A stretch of DNA of 64,000 bases from an uncultured bacterium (GCA_902801025.1 CADCGZ010000001.1:11091-75090), one strand, 5' to 3'. Positions 36,697 through 47,501 are shown, counted from the stretch's first letter. A program made the numbers and translations. Notes: generated by a model not told the origin, from the letters alone.

Positions 36697-37302
36697 ATGA
36701 AAGTCGCACTAACGGGAGGGATTGCCTGCGGCAAATCCCTCCTTTCTAAGTTTTTGAATGAGCTCGGCGTCGAGACGCTTGACGCCGACGATGTCGTGCA
36801 CGAGTTTCTCCCCGACCCCGAGGAGCGTCGCCGCATCGCGGCTGAAGTCTTCGCCGACCCCGAGAAGCGCCGCGCACTCGAGGCGAAGATACATCCAGTC
36901 GTCAAAGAGAAAATTGACGCTTGGCTTGACAGGACGAGCGGGACTAACAGGACCACCGGGACAGACGTGACAAACGGGACTATCGCCTGTCCCGTTAGTC
37001 TCGGTGGTCTCGTCTGTCCTGTTCGTGTCGCTATAATTCCGCTTTTGTTTGAAGCACACTGGGAGAAAAATTTTGATATAATATGTTGTGTCGCTTCCAC
37101 ACGCGAGAGCCAGATCGAACGTATGACGGCGACGCGGGGGATGACGCTTGCGGAGGCCGAAGCCCGTCTTGCGGCACAGATGCCAGTCGAGGAAAAGGCC
37201 AAGCGTTCGCACTACGTCATTCATAACAACGGCACAGCCGATGAACTTCGCGCAGAGGCGCAAAAATTCGTCGCCTGGTTGCATGAGCAGAAATCCAATT
37301 AA
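36697..37302 (+). CDS. coaE: dephospho-CoA kinase with a 30-codon repeat insertion
   Basis: P-loop VALTGGIACGKS. IHPVV, IPLLFE and the C-terminal HYVIHNNG are typical CoaE. The insertion lies between AWLDR and VAIIPLLFE. Confidence 0.88.
   Translation: MKVALTGGIACGKSLLSKFLNELGVETLDADDVVHEFLPDPEERRRIAAEVFADPEKRRALEAKIHPVVKEKIDAWLDRTSGTNRTTGTDVTNGTIACPVSLGGLVCPVRVAIIPLLFEAHWEKNFDIICCVASTRESQIERMTATRGMTLAEAEARLAAQMPVEEKAKRSHYVIHNNGTADELRAEAQKFVAWLHEQKSN
36940..37029 (+). repeat. 10 x 9-bp in-frame array inside coaE: five GGGACnnnC-type words followed by five reverse-complement GnnnGTCyC-type words
   Basis: GGGACTAAC AGGACCACC GGGACAGAC GTGACAAAC GGGACTATC | GCCTGTCCC GTTAGTCTC GGTGGTCTC GTCTGTCCT GTTCGTGTC. 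It encodes GTNRTTGTDVTNGTIACPVSLGGLVCPVRV. Confidence 0.9.
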
Positions 37303-37328
37303 TTGCGGTATTCAACATGGCGAAGAAG

Positions 37329-37442
37329 TTTTTAACGCAGAGTAGCGGAGTAGCAGAGTAGCAGAGTTGTTTTGGGCCGCGCAAGCGCGGGGTCTGGGGT
37401 GCAACCCCAGCATCAACATCCTCTGCGTCTCTGCGTTAAAAA
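37329..37442. repeat. foldback element / candidate structured RNA between coaE and rho
   Basis: Perfect 14-bp terminal IR: TTTTTAACGCAGAG (37329-37342) and CTCTGCGTTAAAAA (37429-37442). Left arm has 4 x 8-bp CAGAG words (37335-37366). Right arm has 2 x CTCTGCGT (37421-37436). The core is TTTTGGG plus hairpin CCGCGCAAGCGCGG plus hairpin CTGGGGTGCAACCCCAG (37370-37410). Confidence 0.85.
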
Positions 37443-37510
37443 TCAATTCCCCAACTTGAAATTCTACACGATCTACATGTTCTACACGGCTAAAAAAGAT
37501 AGATAAGATT

Positions 37511-39070
37511 ATGGCAGAAGAACTCGATGTGTTTGCGAGCGCCGTCACCAAGAGCGCCGCGCCGAAGCCCCAGCAACCCCAGCCGCCGCAGCAGGGGGGC
37601 AGCGGCAATAATGGCCAGAAAAAGCGGTTCCACAACCGCGGCGGCAAGAACTTTAACCGCGGTGGCGGCAAGCCGAACAACTCCCCGATTCGCGGCGCGA
37701 ACGGCGAGGAGAGCGTAAATCCGCTTCTCAACGCCCCGCTTCCGACGGAACAGCGAGTGCAGGAGGTCGACGCCCCCGCGAACCCGAACCGCAATCCCGA
37801 CCTCCCGGAGTACCGCCTCGCCGACATCCAGACGTGGACTGCGCCGGAGATAGTCGAGCGCATGATGCCCGGCGCCGATCCCGAGGAGCTCGGCACCTAC
37901 CGCAAGCACGAGCTCATCTTCGCCGCTATACGCAGATATCTCGCGAACGGCGGCGCGGTGCTTGCCTCCGGCTGCCTTGAGATCGTCCGCGAAGGGCACG
38001 GCTTCTTGAGGTCCGCGAAGAACAACTTCCTCGCATACCCCGAGGACGTCTTCGTCACGCAGCAGCAGATCCGCCGCCATGCACTCAGGACGGGCGACAT
38101 AGTGGAGGGCCCGATCCGCGATCCGCGCGACCGCGACCGATTCTTCTGCCTCGGCAACGTCGCGACGGTCAACGGCAAGGAGCCGTCCGTCGCCGCCCGC
38201 GTCATACACTTCGAGAACCTGACCGCCACGTTCCCGACGCGGCGCATCATCCTCGAGACCGACCCGAAGGAGTTCTCGACGCGCGTCGTCGACCTCTTCA
38301 CGCCGATCGGCTTCGGACAGCGCGGCCTCATTATCGCGCCGCCGCGCGTCGGCAAGACGGTTCTTCTCCAGAAGATGGCCAATGCGATTTCCAAGAACTA
38401 CCCCGAGGCGATGCTCATCATCCTTCTCATCGACGAGCGCCCCGAGGAAGTCACCGACATGCAGCGCAACACGAAGGCGATGGTGCTTTCGTCTACGTTC
38501 GACGAAGAACCTCAGCACCACGTGAGCGTCACCGAGATGGTCCTCGAGATGTCGAAGCGCCAGGTCGAGAATGGGCGCGACGTGATTATTCTCATGGACT
38601 CGCTGACTCGCATGGCGCGCGCCTACAACACGGTGCAGCCGCATTCCGGCAAGATCCTGACAGGCGGCGTCGACGCGCTCGCGATGCACAGGCCCAAGAG
38701 GTTCTTCGGCGCGGCAAGAAACATCGAGGGCGGCGGCTCGCTCACAATCATTGCAACAGGCCTCGTCGACACGGGTTCCAGGATGGACGAGGTCATTTTC
38801 GAGGAATTCAAGGGCACCGGCAACATGGAAATCGTCCTCGACCGCGGGCTTGCGGACAAGCGCATATACCCGGCGATCGACATCGACAAGTCCGGGACGC
38901 GCAAGGAAGACCTCCTTCTGGATCCGGTCGAACTCGAGAAGACGTGGGGCATGCGCCGCATCCTTTCCGACGCAGGCCCCGAGAGCGCGATGAAGTCGGT
39001 GTTGAACTCGCTCAAGAAGACAAAATCCAATCCAGAGTTCCTGCTTGCCCTCGACCTCAAAAACCTCTAA
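37511..39070 (+). CDS. rho: transcription termination factor Rho with a ~95-aa Gln/Gly/Asn/Arg-rich N-terminal extension
   Basis: 519 aa. GFGFLR-type motif (EGHGFLRS), Walker A (PPRVGKTVLLQ), and the DSLTRMARAYN and IDKSGTRKEDLL motifs are present. The N-terminal extension reads PKPQQPQPPQQGGSGNNGQKKRFHNRGGKNFNRGGGKPNN. Confidence 0.95.
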   Translation: MAEELDVFASAVTKSAAPKPQQPQPPQQGGSGNNGQKKRFHNRGGKNFNRGGGKPNNSPIRGANGEESVNPLLNAPLPTEQRVQEVDAPANPNRNPDLPEYRLADIQTWTAPEIVERMMPGADPEELGTYRKHELIFAAIRRYLANGGAVLASGCLEIVREGHGFLRSAKNNFLAYPEDVFVTQQQIRRHALRTGDIVEGPIRDPRDRDRFFCLGNVATVNGKEPSVAARVIHFENLTATFPTRRIILETDPKEFSTRVVDLFTPIGFGQRGLIIAPPRVGKTVLLQKMANAISKNYPEAMLIILLIDERPEEVTDMQRNTKAMVLSSTFDEEPQHHVSVTEMVLEMSKRQVENGRDVIILMDSLTRMARAYNTVQPHSGKILTGGVDALAMHRPKRFFGAARNIEGGGSLTIIATGLVDTGSRMDEVIFEEFKGTGNMEIVLDRGLADKRIYPAIDIDKSGTRKEDLLLDPVELEKTWGMRRILSDAGPESAMKSVLNSLKKTKSNPEFLLALDLKNL

Positions 39071-39085
39071 ACGGGAGGAAAAGCC

Positions 39086-42000
39086 ATGAAGAAGATCCTT
39101 GCATTGATCGCTTCGGCGTGGACCGCGCTCGCGGTTGGCGCCGCCGTTCAGCTGACAGCGTCAGTCTATGACGACGATACAGGCGGAACCTACACGGGAA
39201 GCGGGGTTTTCGTGGAGGTGACATATTCATGGTGGCAGGGCGAGCGACAGGAGACGGGGGTTGACGATGTATCTGTCACGATAGGCGAATACAACAGCGC
39301 GAGCTACGCTATTGTCCGCGGTTGCATCACGAACGAGAACATCGACCGCGACAAGTGCAAGTGGGAAGTCGTCAGCGACAGTTCCAATCTCGGCTTTGCA
39401 GAGGATGCCAATGGCGCGGACCTTGCGGCTGGATATCTCACCAATCGCGTAGTTGGCGTGCGTGCGGACGGGACCGGAACGTATGGCAAGGCGGCGATAG
39501 TCCTGCATGTCGCGCGGCGGCACTGCACGTTGACGTACAACGCAAACGGCGGCAATGCCTCCGGACTGCCTGGCGCCGTCGAGATTGTCAGCGGCGTATC
39601 GACGCGGCTTACATCTGTGGTTCCTACGCGTTCTGGCTATGCGTTTGGGGGATGGTCGAAGTCCGCTACCAGCATTTCGGCAATGTACAGCCCTGGGGCT
39701 TCGGCGACGTTCTCGGAAGACACGACGCTTTATGCAGTTTGGGTCGCCAACGACTACTCGGTTGCCTTCAACGCCAATGGCGGCACGGGTACAATGGCTA
39801 CGCAGGCGATGACCTATGGGACGCCTACAAGTCTTTCCATCAACGCGTTCACGCGGCCTGGATATGCGTTTGCAGGGTGGTCGTTGACGGCAGACGGCGA
39901 GGTCGCATACACCGACGGGGCCGCAGTTACCGGAATCGCGACTGGTTTAGGCGAGACAGTCATGCTCTATGCCGTCTGGACCCCCGAGGAATATCTGCTG
40001 ACGGTAGATCCAAATGGCGGCGTCTATAAAGGGAGTTCGGAGACAACGGCCTTGTCGCCATCGATCAAGTATGACACGAAGCTGTGGAACAACATTGGCG
40101 CAGCGACTCGGACCGGCTATGCGCTCAGGGGATATTACGCCGACCGCGAAGGCGAGACGCGCGTATACGATGAAAAGGGCAAGAATGTCGCTGCTGGCGG
40201 CTATTGGTCTGCGGCGTATTCGAATGGCGTCTGGAGATGTCTGGGCGACCTGAAGGTCTATGCGCTGTGGTTGCCTGTCGTCTACAAGGTTTCCTTCAAC
40301 GCCAATGGTGGCAATGGCACGATGCCGGCGCAGCAGCTGACTTATGACGCGAAAACCGCGCTGACTTTGAATGCCTTTACCCGCACGGGGTTTGCTTTCG
40401 CCGGCTGGGCGCAGTCCGCCGATGCGGACAAGGCGAGCTACGCCGATGGTGCGGAAGTCCTGAACCTGGCCGACACTGCCAATGCGACTGTCGCGCTCTA
40501 TGCCGTCTGGGAGGCGAGTCGCTACTATGTCGCCTTTGCCGCGAACGGCGGCAAGGGAACGATGAACGCGCAGAACGCGACTTATGGAGTCGAGACCGAC
40601 CTTGAAACAAACGCATTTACAAGGGTGGGGTATGCATTCGGTGGCTGGGCAAAGACGCCAGGCGGGGCCGCTGTCTATGCTGACGGAGCGTCCGTTTCAA
40701 ATCTGACGGACGTCGCCGACGCTACCAACACTCTATATGCCGTGTGGAAGGCCAATGACTATTCCGTCGCCTTTTACGCGAACGGCGGCACGGGGAAGAT
40801 GGATCCGCAGAATGCGACTTACGGGAAGGCGCTCGTCCTTGAGCCCAATACCTTCAGCCGGACGGGTTACGAGTTTGGTGGATGGAAGGCGACGGACGGG
40901 TCGATATACGTAGACGGCGCGACCGTCTCTAACTTGACGACGATCGCCGGCGCCGCAGCTCCGCTCTATGCAGTCTGGACTCCAAAATCGTACGACCTTT
41001 CGTTTGATGCTGACGGCGGCACAGGCGAACTCGCCCCCCGTACGGTTTCCTACGACTCCGCGTATGGCGATTTGCCGACGCCGACTCGTCCTGGCTACGA
41101 TTTCGTCGGATGGTTTGACGAGTCCGGCAAGGAGGTTACGAAGGATACGCGTGCAAAGTCGACGAGCGCAGGGACATTGAAGGCCCGCTGGGCATCGATC
41201 GCCTACAACGTAGTCTTCGACGCGAATGGCGGTGAGGGGTGGAAGGAACCGTTCGAGGCAATCTGCCGCTACGACGAGACGCTCACGCTGCCGGACGAGA
41301 CCTTCGTGCGCGCGGGCTATACATTAGACGGATGGGATTGCGGCGGAACCAATTATGTCTGCGGCGCCATCGTGTCCAACCTGACGACGGCGGCAGGCGG
41401 CCGCGTCACATTTGCCGCGCAATGGAAGCCGGTTGTCTACAATGTCGTCTTCGACGGAAACGGCGGAACATGTGAAACCAATTCGGCTTCGTCCGTCACG
41501 AATGTAGTGACATACGGCGAGGAGCTTGAAGTGCCGGCGTTTGTCCGCCTCGGCCGCGTTCTCAACGGATGGAATTGCGCGGACGCAGCCTATCCTACCA
41601 ACGCCGTAGTGTCCAACTTGACGGCGACGGCTGGCGGGACAGTGAAGATGAGGGCCAATTGGAATCTTGGCCCCAACGATTTGTCGGAGGCGCTGGATAT
41701 TGACAACCTTGTGTTTGAGAACGACGGCGGAGCGTGGACTGTCCGAGATGATGCCGCCGCCGTGAGCGGCACATGCATCGCCGTGACGGGAGACGGCGTA
41801 ACGAATGAAGTCGCCCTTGCGACGGAGACAGACAGTGGCGGTACGATTAGCTTCTGCTGGAAGTTTGCCAGCGTAGATTCCACATCGGCAGCGTTTGGGT
41901 TTAGACTTTACGATTCTACGGAGGGCAAGACCCTCTGGTCTACAAACTATTCTCGGGACACGGCTTCGACAAGTCCGTTTTACGCGGATTATTCGCCTCA

Positions 42001-44572
42001 TTGGGAGCCGTTTTCCACCAACATTGTTGCGGATGGCATTCATAAGCTTCAATGGGAAATAACGGAATCGCATTCCGGCACCGACGACGAAGGCATAATG
42101 CTTGACCATGTGACATGGGAGCCTGCGGGTGGTGCAGCCGGCATTGCCGCAGTGGAAATCCCCGTTGCGGTCCCCGGTCTTGTCTACGACGGCACTAAAA
42201 AGATCGGCGTTGACGAGAATGCGGCCTATACGCTTGTCGGTAATGTCGCGACAAACGCGGACGGATATCTCGCGACTGCGACGCTGAACAACAAGGCCGC
42301 AAGCGTCTGGGCAGACGGCACGACGGACGACAGGGAGATCCCGTGGCGAATCGCTACCAAGGTCATAGATCTTAGCGGCGTTGCGTTTGCGGATGCATCG
42401 TGGAAGTTCGACGGCAAATCCAAGAGTATCAATGCCTCCGGCGTGCCCGCTGGTGTAGAGGTGACCTACGATGGCAATAATCGAACAGAGGTTGGCGAAT
42501 ACACGGTGACAGCGTGGTTCAAGAGCACTTCCACTGGAAATCTGCTGACGAACATGACGGCTACGCTCACGATAGAGGCGCTGAGCGTCGGCGAGCCATC
42601 AGCCGTTGCGGGACTCGTCTACGACGGCACGGCGAAGACTGGCGTTGTCGAAAGTGTCGGTTACACGCTTGCCGAGAACGTTGCGACGGCCGCAGGCGAT
42701 TATGTCGCGACGGCAACGCTTGACGCCGGATATGTCTGGTCCGACAACACGACTGGACCGAAGGAGATTTCGTGGTCGATTGCGCGCGCTACATACGACA
42801 TGGGCGACGTGTTGTTTGAAGACGGGACGTTTGAGTTCGACGGCACGAATCTGTATCTTGCCGTGGAGGGAGATCTTCCCGATGGCGTTGACGTCTACTA
42901 CCTGTACAACGGGAAGTCCGGCGTCGGCTCTTATACGGTCATTGCCAGGTTCACGGCATCCGATGCCGTCAACTACGAGCCGATTCCAGATCTTGCGGCC
43001 ACGCTGACTATCGTGCTCCCTCCGACGAAGATTGAGGTGCCGACGGCCGTGTCGGGGCTTGTCTACGACGGTGCGGCGCAGATCGGCGTCCTTGAAGGCG
43101 TTGGATACGCCCTTGCCGGGAACGTCGAGACGAACGCGGGCTCGCATGCCGCTACCGCGACGCTGGAGGACGGGTATGTCTGGGCTGACGGCACGACGGT
43201 TGCGCAGACAATCCACTGGTCTATTGCCAAGGCAACATACGACATGAGCGGGGTGTCGTTCGCGAGCAAGACGTTTGAGGCCGATGGCACGAAAAAATCT
43301 ATTGCCATTACGGGAACGCTTCCTTCTGGCGTGAAGGTGTCTTATGTTGGCAACGGCCAGACCGAGCCCGGGACATACACGGTGACGGCGAAATTCACGG
43401 GTGACGCGAACAACTACAATTCGATTTCAGATAAAAAGGCCACACTGACCATAACGAAGAAGTCTGATCCTGTCCCGCCAGGCCCAGGCCCTGGGCCAGA
43501 ACCCGATCCTGATCCAGTGGACGAGACGCCCGATCTGTATCCGAGCGGAGTCGCGGTGCTTGGCGCATTCACGGCCGAGAAGGCAGAGACCTACAACGGC
43601 TGGCTTAAGGATGATGCCGAGCGAGTCGTCGCATTGCTGACAGTGAAGACGACAGCGGCAAAATCTGGCAAGCAGACTAAGTCGACGATCACAGTGACGC
43701 CTGTCAATGGAAAGAAGTACACAAAGAAAACGTCTTTCGATCCAGGGGGGAATCCGACCGACGAATTTGGCATCGTCTACGGCTCGCGTGGGCTCCTTGG
43801 CACATTTGGCGGTTATTCCGTCGAGGCCGGTGTAGATGTCTACAAATCCAAGATTTCCGAGGTAAAGGCCCTTGCTGCGAATATTCCAGTTGCGACGCAT
43901 ACGTTCTCCGTCGACACTGGGAACGGCATGGCGGTGTTCTCGGCCGTGATTGCCAAGACTGGCAAGACGAAAGTCCAGGGATATCTTGAAGACGGCGCAA
44001 AGATATCGGTCTACACTACCGGTGCGCTTGGGGAAGAATACTTTGCCGTCCCTGTCGTTTCGCCAAAAGCGGCGACGCGGTGTGGGTTTGTCCTCTGGTT
44101 CCCCCTTGACGGCGGTTCGCCGACACTCGCAAACTTCTACGATTCGAACTGGACGGCTTCGCTGTCTGGTGGATCATACGCCCTGGCCAACGGTGAGCAT
44201 GTCTTTGACTTCGAGGAGCCGGACTTCCGCAATTATCTCGCTTCAGTCGACGGCTTTGCCGTTGCGCCCGTTGGAGCCGTGTTTACCGTTAAGCGCGGCA
44301 AATGGGACGCCGGCAAGACGGTCGGCCGTCTCAAGGTTATCGATGGCGCACCGGCTGTCACCGGAACTTCGTCGCCGTCGAATCTGTCCGCGCTTAAGCT
44401 GACGTATACTGCGAAGTCGGGGCTTGTGAAGGGCTCGTTCAAGCTGTACTATATGGATGGCAAGCGGCTTAAGAATGACACTGTGACGGTTACGGGCGTT
44501 GTTGTCGACGGCAAGCTATTCGGAAGTGGCACAATCAAGAAGCTCGGCTCCTTTGCCGTAACGGCGGAATGA
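39086..44572 (+). CDS. large surface protein (1828 aa): ~10 Listeria-Bacteroides (InlB B / Flg_new) repeats, then YDG-containing MBG-like repeat pairs, a Pro-rich linker and a C-terminal domain
   Basis: GGAGG RBS at 39075-39079. Signal peptide [19 protein letters not shown]. Repeats of the type [24 protein letters not shown]...LYAVW. Repeated VxGLVYDGTxKxGV...ATLTI units. Linker [19 protein letters not shown]. Confidence 0.9.
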   Translation: MKKILALIASAWTALAVGAAVQLTASVYDDDTGGTYTGSGVFVEVTYSWWQGERQETGVDDVSVTIGEYNSASYAIVRGCITNENIDRDKCKWEVVSDSSNLGFAEDANGADLAAGYLTNRVVGVRADGTGTYGKAAIVLHVARRHCTLTYNANGGNASGLPGAVEIVSGVSTRLTSVVPTRSGYAFGGWSKSATSISAMYSPGASATFSEDTTLYAVWVANDYSVAFNANGGTGTMATQAMTYGTPTSLSINAFTRPGYAFAGWSLTADGEVAYTDGAAVTGIATGLGETVMLYAVWTPEEYLLTVDPNGGVYKGSSETTALSPSIKYDTKLWNNIGAATRTGYALRGYYADREGETRVYDEKGKNVAAGGYWSAAYSNGVWRCLGDLKVYALWLPVVYKVSFNANGGNGTMPAQQLTYDAKTALTLNAFTRTGFAFAGWAQSADADKASYADGAEVLNLADTANATVALYAVWEASRYYVAFAANGGKGTMNAQNATYGVETDLETNAFTRVGYAFGGWAKTPGGAAVYADGASVSNLTDVADATNTLYAVWKANDYSVAFYANGGTGKMDPQNATYGKALVLEPNTFSRTGYEFGGWKATDGSIYVDGATVSNLTTIAGAAAPLYAVWTPKSYDLSFDADGGTGELAPRTVSYDSAYGDLPTPTRPGYDFVGWFDESGKEVTKDTRAKSTSAGTLKARWASIAYNVVFDANGGEGWKEPFEAICRYDETLTLPDETFVRAGYTLDGWDCGGTNYVCGAIVSNLTTAAGGRVTFAAQWKPVVYNVVFDGNGGTCETNSASSVTNVVTYGEELEVPAFVRLGRVLNGWNCADAAYPTNAVVSNLTATAGGTVKMRANWNLGPNDLSEALDIDNLVFENDGGAWTVRDDAAAVSGTCIAVTGDGVTNEVALATETDSGGTISFCWKFASVDSTSAAFGFRLYDSTEGKTLWSTNYSRDTASTSPFYADYSPHWEPFSTNIVADGIHKLQWEITESHSGTDDEGIMLDHVTWEPAGGAAGIAAVEIPVAVPGLVYDGTKKIGVDENAAYTLVGNVATNADGYLATATLNNKAASVWADGTTDDREIPWRIATKVIDLSGVAFADASWKFDGKSKSINASGVPAGVEVTYDGNNRTEVGEYTVTAWFKSTSTGNLLTNMTATLTIEALSVGEPSAVAGLVYDGTAKTGVVESVGYTLAENVATAAGDYVATATLDAGYVWSDNTTGPKEISWSIARATYDMGDVLFEDGTFEFDGTNLYLAVEGDLPDGVDVYYLYNGKSGVGSYTVIARFTASDAVNYEPIPDLAATLTIVLPPTKIEVPTAVSGLVYDGAAQIGVLEGVGYALAGNVETNAGSHAATATLEDGYVWADGTTVAQTIHWSIAKATYDMSGVSFASKTFEADGTKKSIAITGTLPSGVKVSYVGNGQTEPGTYTVTAKFTGDANNYNSISDKKATLTITKKSDPVPPGPGPGPEPDPDPVDETPDLYPSGVAVLGAFTAEKAETYNGWLKDDAERVVALLTVKTTAAKSGKQTKSTITVTPVNGKKYTKKTSFDPGGNPTDEFGIVYGSRGLLGTFGGYSVEAGVDVYKSKISEVKALAANIPVATHTFSVDTGNGMAVFSAVIAKTGKTKVQGYLEDGAKISVYTTGALGEEYFAVPVVSPKAATRCGFVLWFPLDGGSPTLANFYDSNWTASLSGGSYALANGEHVFDFEEPDFRNYLASVDGFAVAPVGAVFTVKRGKWDAGKTVGRLKVIDGAPAVTGTSSPSNLSALKLTYTAKSGLVKGSFKLYYMDGKRLKNDTVTVTGVVVDGKLFGSGTIKKLGSFAVTAE

Positions 44573-47481
44573 GCGACATCAGCATACACAACGCCAAGGT
44601 CCACAACCTCAAGGGGATAGACGTCACGATTCCCCGTGACTCGCTTACGGTCGTGACGGGGCTTTCGGGGAGCGGCAAGTCGTCGCTCGCGTTCGACACG
44701 CTCTATGCGGAAGGCCAGCGTCGCTACGTCGAGTCGCTTTCCGCGTATGCGCGGCAGTTCCTCGACAGGATGCAGAAGCCGGACGTAGAAAAGATAGAAG
44801 GGCTCTCGCCTGCGATCTCCATCGAGCAGCGAACGACGAGCGGCAACCCGCGCTCGATTGTCGCGACCGTCACCGAGATACACGACTACCTGCGAATCCT
44901 CTACGGCGCGATTGCGGTTGCGCACTGTCCGCACTGCGGCAAGCCGGTCACTAAGCAGTCGGCGGAGCAGATTGTGGAGGCGATTCTCGGGGAATGGGGA
45001 ACGGGAAACGGGGAACGGGCAGGTGGCGCAAAAATTATCATCTACGCCCCTCTCGTGAAGGGCAAGAAGGGGCGGCACGAAGAGCCGCTTGCCGCCGTCA
45101 AGCGCAACGGCTTTGCGCGCGTCAAGATCGACGGCACGATATATCCCGTCGACGAGCTTCCCGCGCTCGACAAGAAAAAGGCGCACACCATTGACGTCGT
45201 GGTTGACCGCCTCGTGATTCCGGCGGCGCCCGACGCAGCGTTCAAGACGCGCCTCACCGATTCCGTCGAACTTGCTCTCAAGACCGGCAAGGGCATAATG
45301 GAGGTGGAGAGATTGGGGAACGGGGAACGGGATATATACTCAGAACTCAACGCGTGTCCCGATTGCGGTATTTCCTTTGACGAGCTGAAGGCGCGGTCGT
45401 TCTCGTTCAACTCGCCCTTTGGTGCATGTCCGACATGCGCGGGGCTTGGGCAGCTCTACTACTTCGACGAAGATCTCGTCGTGCCCGACAAGTCGCTTCC
45501 GCTCGAGGAGGCGATACACCCGTGGCGTCGCATGGGGCAGATGAACATCCTCTATCACAAGGAGCTTCTTTCGCAAATCGCAAAGCAGAACAAGGTGAAG
45601 CTCTCGACTCCCTACGAGAAGCTGCCGGCGAAGTTCCGACACGGGCTTATGCACGGCTTCAAGGAAGACCTCGTTCTTCCGTGGCGGCGCGTCGACCGTC
45701 CGTTCGAGGGAGTCCTCGCGTCGCTTCAGCGGCGGCTCGACGAGGCGGAGGACGACGAGATGCGTGCGAAGTTCGAGGCATACCAGAGCTTCCGTACCTG
45801 CCCCGACTGCGGCGGTTCGCGGCTTAGGCCCGAGTCGCGCGCGGCGACTGTCGCCGGGAAGTCGATAGTAGAGGTAATGGCGATGCCGGTCACCGAGGCG
45901 CTCGAGTTTTTCAGCGCCATTCAAGATTATGCAAATGGCGTAGTGTCTGATAGAGGTGCGACCCTAACCGACTCTAATCGCCTCCACGGCCTCAAGGACA
46001 TCATCGCGGAGATCGTGCGGCGGCTCCAGTTCCTTCTCGACGTTGGACTAGACTATCTGACGCTCGACCGCGCCGCGTCAACTCTCTCCGGCGGCGAAAT
46101 GCAGCGCATCCGCCTCGCGACGCAAATCGGCTCTGGGCTCACGGGAGTTCTTTATGTGCTCGACGAGCCGACAATCGGCCTCCACCCGCGCGACAACGAG
46201 CGGCTTATCTCTACCCTAAAGGGGCTCCGCGACCGCGGCAACACCGTCGTCGTCGTAGAGCACGACGAAGAGATGATGAGGAACGCCGACTACATCGTCG
46301 ACCTTGGTCCCGGCGCGGGGCGTGAAGGCGGGAAGGTGATGTACCAGGGCGACTTCAAGGGGCTCCTAAAGTCTAAGTCGCTCACCGCCGACTACCTCAC
46401 GGGGAGGAAGAGGGTGGTGACGGCCGACGACCGGCAGCCGACAGTCGCAAGTCGAAAGTCGAACGGATTGTCGGGTGACGGTTGCCGACTGTCGAAAAAC
46501 TCCGCCTACCTCACCATCTCCGGCTGCACCGAGCACAACCTCAAGAACATCACCGCCCGCTTCCCCGTAGGCGCGTTCACCGTGGTGACAGGCGTCTCTG
46601 GCTCCGGCAAGTCGACGCTCGTCGACGAAACGCTAAAGAGGGCGCTTCTCCAGAAGTTCTACCACGCGAAGGCCGTCCCCGGCAAGTTCAAGAAGCTCAC
46701 TGGCTTCGAGAACTTCGACAAGATTGTGGAGATCGACCAATCGCCTATCGGCCGCACTCCGCGCTCGAACCCGGCGACGTACGTCGGCTTCTTCTCCGAG
46801 ATACGCGAGCTTTTCGCGAAGACAGAGTCGGCGCGCGCGCGCGGCTACACTGCGGGGCGCTTCTCGTTCAATGTGAAGGGCGGAAGGTGCGAGACGTGCG
46901 GCGGCGATGGCCTCCAGAAGCTCGAGATGAGCTTCCTCCCCGATGTCTACGTCACATGCGACCAGTGCGGCGGCAAGCGCTTCAACGCCGAGACTCTTGA
47001 AGTCACCTACGGCGGCAAGAACATCGCCGATGTCCTCGAGATGACGGTCGCCGAGGGGTGCGAGTTCTTCGCGAAGGTGCCGTCCCTCGCCCGCAAGCTC
47101 CAGACGCTTGTCGACGTCGGGCTTGGCTATGTCGCTCTCGGGCAGTCCGCGACGACGCTCTCAGGCGGCGAGGCACAGCGCATCAAGCTCGCGACGGAAC
47201 TTTCACGCCGCTCGACGGGCCGCACACTCTATCTTCTCGACGAACCGACGACGGGGCTCCACTTCGACGACGTGGCGAAGCTGATGAAGCTTCTCCTGCG
47301 GCTCCGCGACCAGGGGAACACGATCATCGTCATTGAGCACAACGTAGACGTGATGAGGTGCGCCGACTGGATCGTCGATCTCGGGCCCGGCGGGGGCGAT
47401 GCGGGCGGCGAGCTTGTCTGCGAAGGGCCGATTTCGGCCATTAAGGCATGCAAATCTTCCATCACTGGGCGCTTTTTGTAA
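44569..47481 (+). CDS. uvrA: excinuclease ABC subunit A
   Basis: 970 aa. [58 protein letters not shown] and [12 protein letters not shown] are present. The ATG overlaps the upstream stop (ATGA, 44569-44572). Confidence 0.96.
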   Translation: MSDISIHNAKVHNLKGIDVTIPRDSLTVVTGLSGSGKSSLAFDTLYAEGQRRYVESLSAYARQFLDRMQKPDVEKIEGLSPAISIEQRTTSGNPRSIVATVTEIHDYLRILYGAIAVAHCPHCGKPVTKQSAEQIVEAILGEWGTGNGERAGGAKIIIYAPLVKGKKGRHEEPLAAVKRNGFARVKIDGTIYPVDELPALDKKKAHTIDVVVDRLVIPAAPDAAFKTRLTDSVELALKTGKGIMEVERLGNGERDIYSELNACPDCGISFDELKARSFSFNSPFGACPTCAGLGQLYYFDEDLVVPDKSLPLEEAIHPWRRMGQMNILYHKELLSQIAKQNKVKLSTPYEKLPAKFRHGLMHGFKEDLVLPWRRVDRPFEGVLASLQRRLDEAEDDEMRAKFEAYQSFRTCPDCGGSRLRPESRAATVAGKSIVEVMAMPVTEALEFFSAIQDYANGVVSDRGATLTDSNRLHGLKDIIAEIVRRLQFLLDVGLDYLTLDRAASTLSGGEMQRIRLATQIGSGLTGVLYVLDEPTIGLHPRDNERLISTLKGLRDRGNTVVVVEHDEEMMRNADYIVDLGPGAGREGGKVMYQGDFKGLLKSKSLTADYLTGRKRVVTADDRQPTVASRKSNGLSGDGCRLSKNSAYLTISGCTEHNLKNITARFPVGAFTVVTGVSGSGKSTLVDETLKRALLQKFYHAKAVPGKFKKLTGFENFDKIVEIDQSPIGRTPRSNPATYVGFFSEIRELFAKTESARARGYTAGRFSFNVKGGRCETCGGDGLQKLEMSFLPDVYVTCDQCGGKRFNAETLEVTYGGKNIADVLEMTVAEGCEFFAKVPSLARKLQTLVDVGLGYVALGQSATTLSGGEAQRIKLATELSRRSTGRTLYLLDEPTTGLHFDDVAKLMKLLLRLRDQGNTIIVIEHNVDVMRCADWIVDLGPGGGDAGGELVCEGPISAIKACKSSITGRFL
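45938..45985 (+). repeat. in-frame copy of the GACCCTAA-family foldback element inside uvrA
   Basis: GTAGTGTCTGATAGAGGTGCGACCCTAACCGACTCTAATCGCCTCC aligns with kdsD 27850-27898 (GTAGAGTCTGGTAGTGTCGGCAAGACCCTGAGCGACTCTAATTCGCCCC). It encodes ..[18 protein letters not shown].. in a segment that I recall as longer than in E. coli UvrA. Confidence 0.8.
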
Positions 47482-47492
47482 TCCGCCCTTTT

Positions 47493-47501
47493 TGATATAA
47501 T
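47493..47501 (+). promoter_or_regulatory. extended -10 promoter (TGATATAAT) upstream of recA
   Basis: The TTTTTGATATAAT motif recurs at 37071-37082 and, as TATAAC, at 57986-57998. It would give recA a ~100-nt leader containing the CTCTGCG array. Confidence 0.45.
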
